NCBI GenBank assembly: GCA_905214955.1
Contig: CAJMON010000004.1
Coordinates: 2,289 to 66,288 of the forward strand
From: an uncultured bacterium
Lineage (GTDB): Bacteria; Bacillota; Clostridia; Lachnospirales; Lachnospiraceae
Reading direction: 5' to 3'
DNA length: 64,000 nt
Position numbers and translations under genes: made by a program. The first letter of the stretch is position 1. Each line of letters starts with the position of its first letter. The notes beneath the pieces were generated by a model. The model saw only the letters and a list, made by a program, of their open reading frames with translations, had not been told where the DNA came from and ran no database searches. Positions 30,241 to 39,014 of this stretch are shown one piece after another.

Positions 30241-30306
30241 TTTGCTCTCCCGTAATATTCAGCCCTGTCTGGGCATAAAGCCGACAGGGCGCATTTCTCG
30301 GTTCTC

Positions 30307-30335
30307 ATTTTACTATCAAACGCTTTTAAAGTCAA
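30307..30335 (-). promoter_or_regulatory. Sigma-A promoter for the 30240 sub-operon; leader hairpin at about 30262-30290
   Basis: TTGACT, 17 bp, TAAAAT on the minus strand, with -35 overlapping the upstream stop; GCCCTGTC/GACAGGGC stem in the leader. Confidence 0.7.
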
Positions 30336-32038
30336 TCCTGTACTTTCAGCAGGAAATACGTGTCTGTCCAGTCATATTCTGCCTCCACTGCTTCGGTAAT
30401 GTCCGCATAGGCATCCTTGTCTTTGGTCAGAATGTAATAGCTGGCATCTGGCACATTTTCTTTTTTCTGCACCAGGGAAATCTGATCCATTTTCTGGAAA
30501 ATGAGATATCGTCCAATATACTTGTACTGAGGAATCTTTTCCGCCAGAATGTAGGTCTGCTTCGTCAGATCCAGGTTTTTCAGAGTCTCAGTCAGTTCCT
30601 CCGCATACCGGTTGTTGGTGGAATTCTGCTTGTCATTGACTCCTATTAAAAAGGAAAGGTAAGAAGGCATTCCCCAGATTTCAATGAGCAGAAGGCCTGC
30701 TGCAAAAACCAGGGGAAGCATCCGCTTTCTGGCTTCTTTTGCAAAATCCATGAGATACTGATAATAGAGAACAAACAGGCTTACAATCACCGTAAAGGCA
30801 TTGCCGATGAGTTTGACTTTCTGTCCGTCTGTGGATTCAATGGAGCCGATAAAGGTGGATTTTAAGGTGCAGGCAATGCCGGTGACATCAATCAGATATC
30901 CCGCCACAATCAGTCCAACCGGAAGAAGGTATGTAGCCAGGATGTTAAACCACTTCTTTTTAAATACCGGCTTTTCTTTAAACAGCACCACCACACCCAG
31001 AATCACAAACAGGGTTGGAAAGTAAATCAGGTACCGTCCTTTGATCTTTTCAAACTCCGGATAATTGTAGTAGGCCCTCCAGGAATGTCTGGTCACTGCC
31101 ACAAAAAACGCTGCTGCCGATCCGCACACCATGGTCCACAGCCGGTTGTAGCTGCAGAACCACTCTTTAAAGTTTACATGCAGTGCCCGGATGGATTTCA
31201 CCACCAGGCCTAAAACCGGCGCCAGAATCAGGGCAAAATAACACAGATAAAATCCTGCCACCATAAGAAGGCGTTTCATGGTCAGCTGTTCTGGATTGGT
31301 CTTGGAGGCAATCTTAAATCCGATGATTTCTTTGAATCCATATCCATAGCTGCGGCACATGAGCACCCAGGGCGCATACACGGCTGCCATACAGGCTACT
31401 ACCAAAACGCTCCTCAGGATCACGGAACCTGGTTTCCTCTTTTCTTCTGCCTCCCGCATCAGCCATACCAGGCCGAATACCGGAATGGACACCAGAGTAA
31501 TATGTCTGGTCATAAACAGGGCACCCAAGAGCATTCCGGTTCCGATATCACTGATCACCACATGTTTTCTGGGCTTTAACACCAGATAGATTTCCAGAAG
31601 GAACAGAGGGAAATACAGATTTTCACTCATGATGGTCATGGTGGTCACATAATGATAAGGAATCACTGTGGAAAACGCTGCCGGAATCATACTCTTTTCC
31701 GGGTCCAGGTACAGCCTGGCAATGGCGTAGGTACATACCGGCACAAAGGCAGAGGAAATGGCTCCCAAAATCTTTGCTGTCAGGTAAAAATGATCTCCCG
31801 TCAAAACCGCCGGAAGGAGAAATAATGGATACAGCAAGGGATACTGAACGCTGTTGTAGCTTCCATTCTGATAAAGAAGCCGTGCCATCTTTAAGTACGT
31901 AAACTCATCTGCCACCTGGGGCTCACTGCGCAGATGGATGACAACGATGAGTTTGTATGTCAGAAGAAGGACATACAGGAAAACAGGGATTAAAAAATCC
32001 TGTTGTTTCTGGGATAATCGACTTTTTTGCACATTCAT
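30332..32038 (-). CDS. Polytopic membrane protein, GT-C/PMT-like glycosyltransferase
   Basis: ADEFTY after TM1, YPLLYP, MSENLYFP, GRY; more than 10 TM segments and a soluble C-terminal domain. Confidence 0.65.
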   Translation of the reverse strand: MNVQKSRLSQKQQDFLIPVFLYVLLLTYKLIVVIHLRSEPQVADEFTYLKMARLLYQNGSYNSVQYPLLYPLFLLPAVLTGDHFYLTAKILGAISSAFVPVCTYAIARLYLDPEKSMIPAAFSTVIPYHYVTTMTIMSENLYFPLFLLEIYLVLKPRKHVVISDIGTGMLLGALFMTRHITLVSIPVFGLVWLMREAEEKRKPGSVILRSVLVVACMAAVYAPWVLMCRSYGYGFKEIIGFKIASKTNPEQLTMKRLLMVAGFYLCYFALILAPVLGLVVKSIRALHVNFKEWFCSYNRLWTMVCGSAAAFFVAVTRHSWRAYYNYPEFEKIKGRYLIYFPTLFVILGVVVLFKEKPVFKKKWFNILATYLLPVGLIVAGYLIDVTGIACTLKSTFIGSIESTDGQKVKLIGNAFTVIVSLFVLYYQYLMDFAKEARKRMLPLVFAAGLLLIEIWGMPSYLSFLIGVNDKQNSTNNRYAEELTETLKNLDLTKQTYILAEKIPQYKYIGRYLIFQKMDQISLVQKKENVPDASYYILTKDKDAYADITEAVEAEYDWTDTYFLLKVQD

Positions 32039-32053
32039 ACTTTCTTTTTCCTT

Positions 32054-33235
32054 CTATCGTTTCAACAGTTTCCTGGCAGCCGCTTTCAGATAATACTCTG
32101 CGCAGGCTTTTCCCTGCTCTGCTTTTGCACGCAGCTTCCAAGAGGATGGCGCCGGTTCCTGTTTCTTTCCCTGCAGCGCCTCTTTTAACCAGTTCCGGGA
32201 GCGTACCCGTTCTTTCTCCAGGATCTCATCTACCTTTTTATAATCCACCGCTTCCAGAAGTTCCGGCTTTTCCAGAATCTGCTCTGCCCGCTCTACGTAC
32301 CGTCCATTCAGATTCAAGGAACCCAGCAGCGATTCAAACCGTGAGGTTCCCCGTTCCGGATTGCCTATGGCAATAAAGGGCTTGTGGAACAGGACTGCCA
32401 TGCAGGTTCCGTGGAAAGAATCGGTAATCACAAAGTCGCTGTGCTTGATGTACCACAGCCACTCCTCTTCCTGAAGCTTCTCAGGCACGTTGTCAAGCCC
32501 CAGCTTTTTTTTGTTTTCCGGAAATTTCTGATACCATCCATCCAGCATGTTTACCAGCTTTTTATCCAGTTTCTTCGATACATAAAGAAGTGCTTCCCGC
32601 TTTTTTGCATCTGGGTCCAGAATATAGGAGGCAATGTAGGGAGCTTCTTCCCTTCGTTTGGATTTTTCTGCCAGATCTGAAAGAATGGAGGGATCACTCA
32701 TGAGCACCGGGTCTAACACATGCTCTGCCCTGACACCAAACAGGTTTCTGCACACCTTTACACCATCTGCTTCCCTTACAGACACCGCGTCCATTTTCTG
32801 CATACAGGCCACGGCTTTTTTCAGGAACGGCCAGGGTGCCGAGAAACGGCTGCTGCCAAAAGAGGTGGCATAGGCAATTTTCTTTTTGTCTTCTCCTGCA
32901 AAATCCAGGAAATAACTGTGGCCAAAAATTTTGGTCACGCCGTAATTCCACAGCTGGTCGCTTCCAAGGACGAAAGCATCGCACAGGGTATTCAGCTCTC
33001 CAATCTCGGAAACATGATAGGACTTGCTGATGTCGTAATGTTCTTCGGCAAACCGGATGGAATGCCGTCCCTTCATCCGGCCGTCCTCTGCCCCAAGCCT
33101 TGGCCTGTGAACCATCAGCACCGTCTTTCCAAAGCTTTCGATAGTCTTTTCCAGTGCATAATAGGTGGCAATGCTGCCATAATTGCAGCCAAACCACACT
33201 CCCAGAATCCCCACATCGTAATGCTTCTGCTCCAT
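32054..33235 (-). CDS. Polysaccharide pyruvyltransferase-family protein
   Basis: NYGS, GSDQLWN, YATSFG, SVRE, VLDPV, TDSFHG. Confidence 0.88.
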   Translation of the reverse strand: MEQKHYDVGILGVWFGCNYGSIATYYALEKTIESFGKTVLMVHRPRLGAEDGRMKGRHSIRFAEEHYDISKSYHVSEIGELNTLCDAFVLGSDQLWNYGVTKIFGHSYFLDFAGEDKKKIAYATSFGSSRFSAPWPFLKKAVACMQKMDAVSVREADGVKVCRNLFGVRAEHVLDPVLMSDPSILSDLAEKSKRREEAPYIASYILDPDAKKREALLYVSKKLDKKLVNMLDGWYQKFPENKKKLGLDNVPEKLQEEEWLWYIKHSDFVITDSFHGTCMAVLFHKPFIAIGNPERGTSRFESLLGSLNLNGRYVERAEQILEKPELLEAVDYKKVDEILEKERVRSRNWLKEALQGKKQEPAPSSWKLRAKAEQGKACAEYYLKAAARKLLKR

Positions 33236-33265
33236 CGGTCTTCCACCTTCTTTCTTCTGGCATAC

Positions 33266-34729
33266 TTATTTCTTTTTCAAGATTGCTTTTAATTTCTGCT
33301 TTGTTTCTGCAGCGATCCTGCTTTTCATTCCCGCCGCTGCCCTGGATGCGGTTTCTTTCAGATTTTTCTGAATCCGCACTCCGAGTCCCGGCTTTGTAAG
33401 AAGCAGTTTTTGAAGTTCGGCTTTCTTCTCTTCGTCCAGTTCTTCTGGAAACTTTCCTCCAAGCAGTTCCTGCAGTCCAGACACGGTCACCGCAGCCACA
33501 GCCTGCTCCTTTCCCTGGATGCACACGGTTCTGCCAAGCTGATTGGCTTCTGCTTCCAGGGCTTCTTCCAGTTCTTTTTGGGGAACTTCCCCTTCCCAGG
33601 CAAACATCACATCATACCGTTCTTCCAGAGCATACTCCACAGCCTTTTCAAACCCAAGCACCGGAAGAAGTTTGAAAAACCGTTCTCTTCCCTTGGCTCT
33701 CCGGCTGTTTTTCCGGAACCGGTTGTGTTTCAGCGCCACATCCACTGGCACCTGAGTACAGGAATCCAGCTCTCCTTTTACCTCTTTCCACAGTGCCTCC
33801 GCCTTCGGGCTGTTTAACAGCACCAGGGAAACGCCTCTTGGATCTGTAAGCGCAGGATCGTACTTTTCCAGTCCCCAGAAATCTCCCAGAGTCACATCTG
33901 CTGTCCTTGGGAGCTCTGCAAAGGCACAGGCATAGCAGGATTTCCGAAGAAACAAGGAACGGTGAAAGCCTCGCTCATAGGGATCCACATTTCCAGACAT
34001 AACCTTTTTCTTTCCGTTTTTTAAGGTGACCACCCCATTCGCGCAGGTATGGCCAAACTCTTTCGTCCGGAAAGCTACTTTCTTTACCTGTCCTTCGCCG
34101 TAGCATTCTTTCAGATAAGTGTGGAAACTCTTTTCCGAAGGCACTCCATGACAGACAATCTCTATCGTAAACAGCCCTTCCAAGGTTTCCGGTTCTTTTT
34201 TTCCTGCGCCTTTTAAATACTGGTACAGACCTGCCACCTGACAGGGGGTGCCGGAAAACAACACCGGCCTTTTTTCAGCCAGATCCTGTTTCACCTGGCG
34301 GTAAATGCCTTCCGTATGGCTTGGCACGTACTTGGAGCCTGACAGCCGAAACACTTCCTCTGAATCAGTAATCCGAACATGCTTTACCGAAAGCCTTTCT
34401 TCCCAGGCTGCCCCGTAAACGGCACCGCCCTCCTGCAGGGTCTTTCCTGCAAACACCTGAAAAATGCCGCCCGAAGAACTTCTCATGCGCAGGGCATCTT
34501 GGGAGGCCGCTGCAAAACAGGACACCTCTTTTTTCTTTCCAGGCTGCTTTTCTGCCTCCGGACAGGAACGAAGGCATTTTCCGCACCCAATGCAGCGCTC
34601 CAGGTCAATCTTTGGGAATAAAAATCCCTCTTCCCCTTCTTCCATGGAAATGGCATCTGCTGGGCAGGCACTGACACAGGCCGCACACCCACAGCAGCGT
34701 TCTTTTGAAATTGTCCGAATATCTGCCAT
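33266..34729 (-). CDS. 2x[4Fe-4S] ferredoxin + FrhB-like oxidoreductase
   Basis: CCGCAACVSACP, CIGCGKCLRSCP, SSSGG, GSKY, GTPCQ, CHGVPS, SCYAC, ADVTLGDFWG. Confidence 0.88.
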   Translation of the reverse strand: MADIRTISKERCCGCAACVSACPADAISMEEGEEGFLFPKIDLERCIGCGKCLRSCPEAEKQPGKKKEVSCFAAASQDALRMRSSSGGIFQVFAGKTLQEGGAVYGAAWEERLSVKHVRITDSEEVFRLSGSKYVPSHTEGIYRQVKQDLAEKRPVLFSGTPCQVAGLYQYLKGAGKKEPETLEGLFTIEIVCHGVPSEKSFHTYLKECYGEGQVKKVAFRTKEFGHTCANGVVTLKNGKKKVMSGNVDPYERGFHRSLFLRKSCYACAFAELPRTADVTLGDFWGLEKYDPALTDPRGVSLVLLNSPKAEALWKEVKGELDSCTQVPVDVALKHNRFRKNSRRAKGRERFFKLLPVLGFEKAVEYALEERYDVMFAWEGEVPQKELEEALEAEANQLGRTVCIQGKEQAVAAVTVSGLQELLGGKFPEELDEEKKAELQKLLLTKPGLGVRIQKNLKETASRAAAGMKSRIAAETKQKLKAILKKK

Positions 34730-34746
34730 AGCCTGCACCTGTCCTT

Positions 34747-35847
34747 TTACTGCAGTTCTGTCTTGACACACTCCAGAGCTGCTTCAATGACTTTGTCCAT
34801 GTCATAATACTTATAATTGCCCAGTCTTCCGCCAAAGATTACATTTTTTTCCTGGTCAGCCAGTTCCCGATATTTAGCAAACAGCGTATTGTTTTTCTCA
34901 TCGTTGATGGGATAATACGGCTCAATGCCCGGCTTCCACTCTGAAGAATATTCTCTGGAAATAATGGTTACCGGCTGTTTTCCAAATTCAAAATGTTTGT
35001 GCTCAATGATTCTGGTATAAGGCACTTCTCGGTCCGTGTAATTGACCACTGCATTTCCCTGATAATTTTCCATATCCAGTTTTTCGGTTTCAAAGCGCAC
35101 AGTACGGTACTGGAGAGTTCCCAGCTTATACTGGTAAAATTCATCAATCATACCGGTAAATACGGTCTTCTCTGCCACATCCGGATTTTCTTTGATAAAA
35201 GCAAAGTAGTCCGTATCCAGCTGTACGTCAGCGCCTTCCAACATCTTCTCTACGATCTTGGTGTAGCCGCCCATGGGAATTCCCTGGAACCGGTCGTTGA
35301 AGTAGTTGTTGTCATACATAAAACGGAAAGGCAGACGCTTGATGATAAAAGCAGGAAGCTCTGTACAGGGACGTCCCCACTGTTTTTCGGTGTAGCCTTT
35401 GATGAGCTTTTCGTATACATCTTTTCCAGCTAAGGACAGGGCCTGTTCCTCTAAGTTTTTCGGCTCTGTAATGTTTAACTCTGCTCTCTGTTCGTCAATT
35501 TTTGCTTTTGCCTCTGCAGGAGTCTTAACGCCCCACAGCTTGCTGAAAGTATTCATGTTAAAAGGCAGGTTGTACAGTTCATCCTTGTACACAGCCACCG
35601 GAGAGTTGATATAGTTGTTGAACTCTGCAAACTGGTTGATGTAGTTCCACACTTTCTTGCTGCTGGTATGGAAAATATGGGCTCCATATTTGTGGACATT
35701 GATGCCTTCCACGTTCTCACAGTAAATGTTTCCTGCAATGTGGTTTCGTCTGTCAATCACCAGGCAGGTCTTTCCTGCTTTTACTGCTTCATGGGCAAAT
35801 ACGGCGCCGAACAGACCGGCTCCTACAATCAGATAATCGTATTTCAT
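34747..35847 (-). CDS. glf: UDP-galactopyranose mutase
   Basis: IVGAGLFG, HKYGAHIFHT, YTEKQWG, TRIIEHKHF, EPYYP, GRLGNYKYYDM. Confidence 0.97.
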   Translation of the reverse strand: MKYDYLIVGAGLFGAVFAHEAVKAGKTCLVIDRRNHIAGNIYCENVEGINVHKYGAHIFHTSSKKVWNYINQFAEFNNYINSPVAVYKDELYNLPFNMNTFSKLWGVKTPAEAKAKIDEQRAELNITEPKNLEEQALSLAGKDVYEKLIKGYTEKQWGRPCTELPAFIIKRLPFRFMYDNNYFNDRFQGIPMGGYTKIVEKMLEGADVQLDTDYFAFIKENPDVAEKTVFTGMIDEFYQYKLGTLQYRTVRFETEKLDMENYQGNAVVNYTDREVPYTRIIEHKHFEFGKQPVTIISREYSSEWKPGIEPYYPINDEKNNTLFAKYRELADQEKNVIFGGRLGNYKYYDMDKVIEAALECVKTELQ

Positions 35848-35872
35848 GTTCTTTTCCTCCATGTTCTGCTTT

Positions 35873-37057
35873 CTATTTCAGAATGTTCTTCAGTTTTTTC
35901 AAGCCCTGCTTTCCCAGACGGTATCCCCTCCGAAGCGCATCATACACCGGCCTTGGCTCTTCCCTATAAAGGTTGTCTTTCTCCTCTTTCACCGGCATCG
36001 CAAGGGCATCCTCCAGCCATTTTCTGGAGCGGATGCGTTCCCTTTCCAGAATCTGGGAAACCTTTGTGTAATCCATGGGCTTTAACAGCTTTTTCTTCTT
36101 TTTTACATCCAGAGGATTCTTTAAGAACCGCTCTTTTAAGCCAAATACGTGGGCTAAGGAATCCATTCTGGAATTTCCCCTTCCTTCATTTCCAAAGCAG
36201 ACAAAGTCTTTCTGAAAAAGGATGGCAAAGCTGGCTCCGTGACAGGAATCCGTCACAAAATACTGGCAGTTTTTGATGTTGTACAGCCAGTCTTCCACCT
36301 GAAGGTGCTCCACCACGCCGTTTAAGGCAAGTTTCTTTTTATTTTCCTCAAATCCCCGCTCTCCGTCCAACATAATGACCATGGGCAGACCTAGCTTTTC
36401 CGCCAGATACTGAAGAGCCTCCCGCTTTTTCTCATCTGGGTCAAGAATGTAGGCTGCCAGGAAGGGGCCTTTTTTCTTTTCTCCTCTGGCTGCTGCTAAA
36501 ATAGGCGCAAATATGGCCGGATCTGCTGCAAATACCGGGTCTAGCACCCACTCTGCCTTGAGACCGAAAGTGTGGTTTACAATTCCCACAGCATCTTCTT
36601 CCCTTACGGAAATAGCGTCAAACCGGGAAAGGTATTTTCTTGCTTTTTCGATCTCCTCTTCTGGCGCAAAAAAGCCAGGATGACCAAAGGACGCCCCATA
36701 GGCAATTTTCTTTTTCTCATCCCGGACAAAATTCAAGTAAAACGCCCCCCGGTAATGGCGGCAGATGGCAAAATTCCACACCTGATCCGACCCCATCAGG
36801 AAGATGTCTGCCTGATCGTTGAGCTTTTTTAAATCTTTAAAATCGCAGGCCGGAAAAATCTGGTAATATTCTTTTGCAAACCGTCTTCCATCCGAAAAAA
36901 ACAGGGGATTGTCCGGTGCAAAACCCGGCCGGTCAATCATAAAGACCTCATACCCGAAAGACGCAGTGAGGCGGTTCAGGGAATAGTAGGTCATCAAGCT
37001 TCCATAATTGCTGCTCCACCACAGGCCAAAGATGGCTGCCCGGTGCTTTTTTTCCAT
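35873..37057 (-). CDS. Polysaccharide pyruvyltransferase-family protein (paralog of 32054-33235)
   Basis: NYGS, GSDQVWN, YGASFG, SVRE, VLDPVF, TDSCHG. Confidence 0.88.
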   Translation of the reverse strand: MEKKHRAAIFGLWWSSNYGSLMTYYSLNRLTASFGYEVFMIDRPGFAPDNPLFFSDGRRFAKEYYQIFPACDFKDLKKLNDQADIFLMGSDQVWNFAICRHYRGAFYLNFVRDEKKKIAYGASFGHPGFFAPEEEIEKARKYLSRFDAISVREEDAVGIVNHTFGLKAEWVLDPVFAADPAIFAPILAAARGEKKKGPFLAAYILDPDEKKREALQYLAEKLGLPMVIMLDGERGFEENKKKLALNGVVEHLQVEDWLYNIKNCQYFVTDSCHGASFAILFQKDFVCFGNEGRGNSRMDSLAHVFGLKERFLKNPLDVKKKKKLLKPMDYTKVSQILERERIRSRKWLEDALAMPVKEEKDNLYREEPRPVYDALRRGYRLGKQGLKKLKNILK

Positions 37058-37092
37058 AGAACCGCTCCTTTGCATACGATAATGTTAAGTTC

Positions 37093-37191
37093 GATGCCTT
37101 ACGGATTGTTCCGTACTTTGTACTCTCACATCTCCGTTGCCACTTCGGCCGGTGCTAAACGTGTGCCACTGGCACACAGCACCCTGGCATC
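37093..37191. repeat. Nested palindromic (REP-like) intergenic element
   Basis: GATGCC/GGCATC closing stem; TACGGA/TCCGTA; GGTGCT-AAAC-GTGTGCCA-C-TGGCACAC-AGCACC. Confidence 0.65.
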
Positions 37192-37192
37192 A

Positions 37193-39001
37193 TCATTCAT
37201 TCAAATACTCTCGCCAGAAACTTGCACTGGTCAGCTCTTTGTAATGATTCCGGTAAGACTGCTTTGCCTGCTCATATTCTTTGTCAATCCGTTTAAACAT
37301 GGCAAAGAGCTTCTTGTAGCTTACAAAAAATTCTTTGATGCTGCGCTTGGTCTTAATACTGTTCCCAGATGCATCGGTAAATACCACTTCCGGCGCCCGG
37401 AACATGGCATAAATGTTGTTGTAAGGCGGAACCACCGGCACTTTTTTCTTTGCCGGAAGGAAATAGCCGTTTGCGGTGATCATCTGGGCCGCCTTTTTCA
37501 GGGGATTGATGTATCTCACATCCGCATCAGAGCTTAAGCTCTTCCAGTCATAGTCCAGTTCTGTGATTCCTTTGTAGCCGATAAATGCACTCTTCGGCTG
37601 TGCCTTGTAATTCATGGATGAGATTTCTTTGTGCAGTTCTACCGGGTCCTGTTCTTTGAACCACTGGATGCCTTTTAAGAAATCCTCCACGCCACGCAGG
37701 TTCATATCCACATACTGATAACGGTAGCGGGCAATGTTGCCACTTACCCATTTCAGCAGAATTTTCTTAAATTCCCCTGCCCCATAATCCGGATAGTGGA
37801 TGGCATTGGTAATGGCCAGATTCCGGATGTCATAGTATTCCAGAAAACCTGCCATTTTATTTTCAAAAGCTTCATGCCATACGCCGATGCCGTTTAAGAA
37901 AATAAACTTTTTCTTTCCCACCCGGAGTCCATACTCCACATCGTCTCTGTGGATGAATATAGGCAGCGGCAGGTTGTCATTGTCAATGCAGCGAAGAGGA
38001 ATGCAGGTATACCACCATCCAGTGTACTCTGTCGCCAGCTCCTGTTCATTCAAAAGTAGATTTTCCGGAACCCGCAGATCCATGAAATGATGAAGCGCCT
38101 GAATATTTCCCCGGTTCCATAATGCACCGGATTCGTACTGTTTGTACGGCATATCCAAACGCAGAATGGCTCCGCCGATGGTATAGTCCTTATACTCCGG
38201 CTTTAAAAGCGAAAGAAAGCGGAAATTGGTCTCCAATGCCGCAGGTTCAATCACTGCATCGTCGTCCATCAGTACCACATGGCTGATGTCTCTTGCTTTC
38301 TGGAGGGCTTTTGCTTCCAGAATACCGTGAGTAAATCCGCCCACGCCTCCCACATTTCTTCCAGGGGTAATCCGCACATACTCACCGTCTCCAAGATCCG
38401 TATCCAGCGTCCCCGCGTTATCTGAAATAAACACATACAGATGTCGGTACAGGGGAGATTCCGGATTTTCCAGAATGGCTTTTTTCAGAACCCGAAGGTT
38501 TCTCTCCACAAATTCTTCTTTTCGGTAGGTGCAGATGGCTGCTGCAAAATTGATGTTTAAGTTTACCGGAACCATGTTGGAAGCAAAGTATTTACCTCCC
38601 AGAATCTTTCCTCCATCCATCATGCTCCTGCAGGAGAAGGAAAACATGCCAGTATTCCGGTTTTCTCCAAAATGAAACACAAACTGCTGGGGTTTATCCG
38701 CGGAAACATTGGCTTCTGTCAACACTCTGGTCTCCATGCGTCCCCGCTCCAGCCAGTGGTATTTTAAAGACACGCAGAAATTCCCCTGCAGTTCCAGCGC
38801 AAGTTCCAGCTGCTCCAGTACCGTATATTTTTTCCATTTTCCAGTGGAGAAGCTGTTAAAGTATGTGTTAAACGCCACCTCATCTCCTGCCAGACAACTT
38901 AAAGACCCGTCATCCATGACCACAACGCCTTCACTTCTGCGGTAATACAGTTCTTCGTCTGTATCAATCTGCTCTGGCAGCAAAATCCGTTTAATATCCA
39001 T
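37193..39001 (-). CDS. GlfT2-like galactofuranosyltransferase (GT2)
   Basis: N-terminal beta domain (FNTYFNSFSTGKW), ICTYRKE, NVGGVGGF, LMDDDA, GWWYTC, PLPIFIHRDDVEYG, YYDIRN; near glf. Confidence 0.82.
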   Translation of the reverse strand: MDIKRILLPEQIDTDEELYYRRSEGVVVMDDGSLSCLAGDEVAFNTYFNSFSTGKWKKYTVLEQLELALELQGNFCVSLKYHWLERGRMETRVLTEANVSADKPQQFVFHFGENRNTGMFSFSCRSMMDGGKILGGKYFASNMVPVNLNINFAAAICTYRKEEFVERNLRVLKKAILENPESPLYRHLYVFISDNAGTLDTDLGDGEYVRITPGRNVGGVGGFTHGILEAKALQKARDISHVVLMDDDAVIEPAALETNFRFLSLLKPEYKDYTIGGAILRLDMPYKQYESGALWNRGNIQALHHFMDLRVPENLLLNEQELATEYTGWWYTCIPLRCIDNDNLPLPIFIHRDDVEYGLRVGKKKFIFLNGIGVWHEAFENKMAGFLEYYDIRNLAITNAIHYPDYGAGEFKKILLKWVSGNIARYRYQYVDMNLRGVEDFLKGIQWFKEQDPVELHKEISSMNYKAQPKSAFIGYKGITELDYDWKSLSSDADVRYINPLKKAAQMITANGYFLPAKKKVPVVPPYNNIYAMFRAPEVVFTDASGNSIKTKRSIKEFFVSYKKLFAMFKRIDKEYEQAKQSYRNHYKELTSASFWREYLNE

Positions 39002-39014
39002 AAAAACTCCTTTT

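Noticed and set aside
29302..30255. 317-aa plus-strand ORF and the many other short plus-strand ORFs across the locus
   Set aside because: Antisense to well-supported minus-strand genes; no family signatures.
32694..33524. 276-aa minus-strand ORF
   Set aside because: Alternative frame overlapping two supported genes; no motifs.
33266..34729. F420-reducing hydrogenase / methanogen-type energy metabolism
   Set aside because: No hydrogenase large or small subunits or F420 genes; the context is glycan synthesis.
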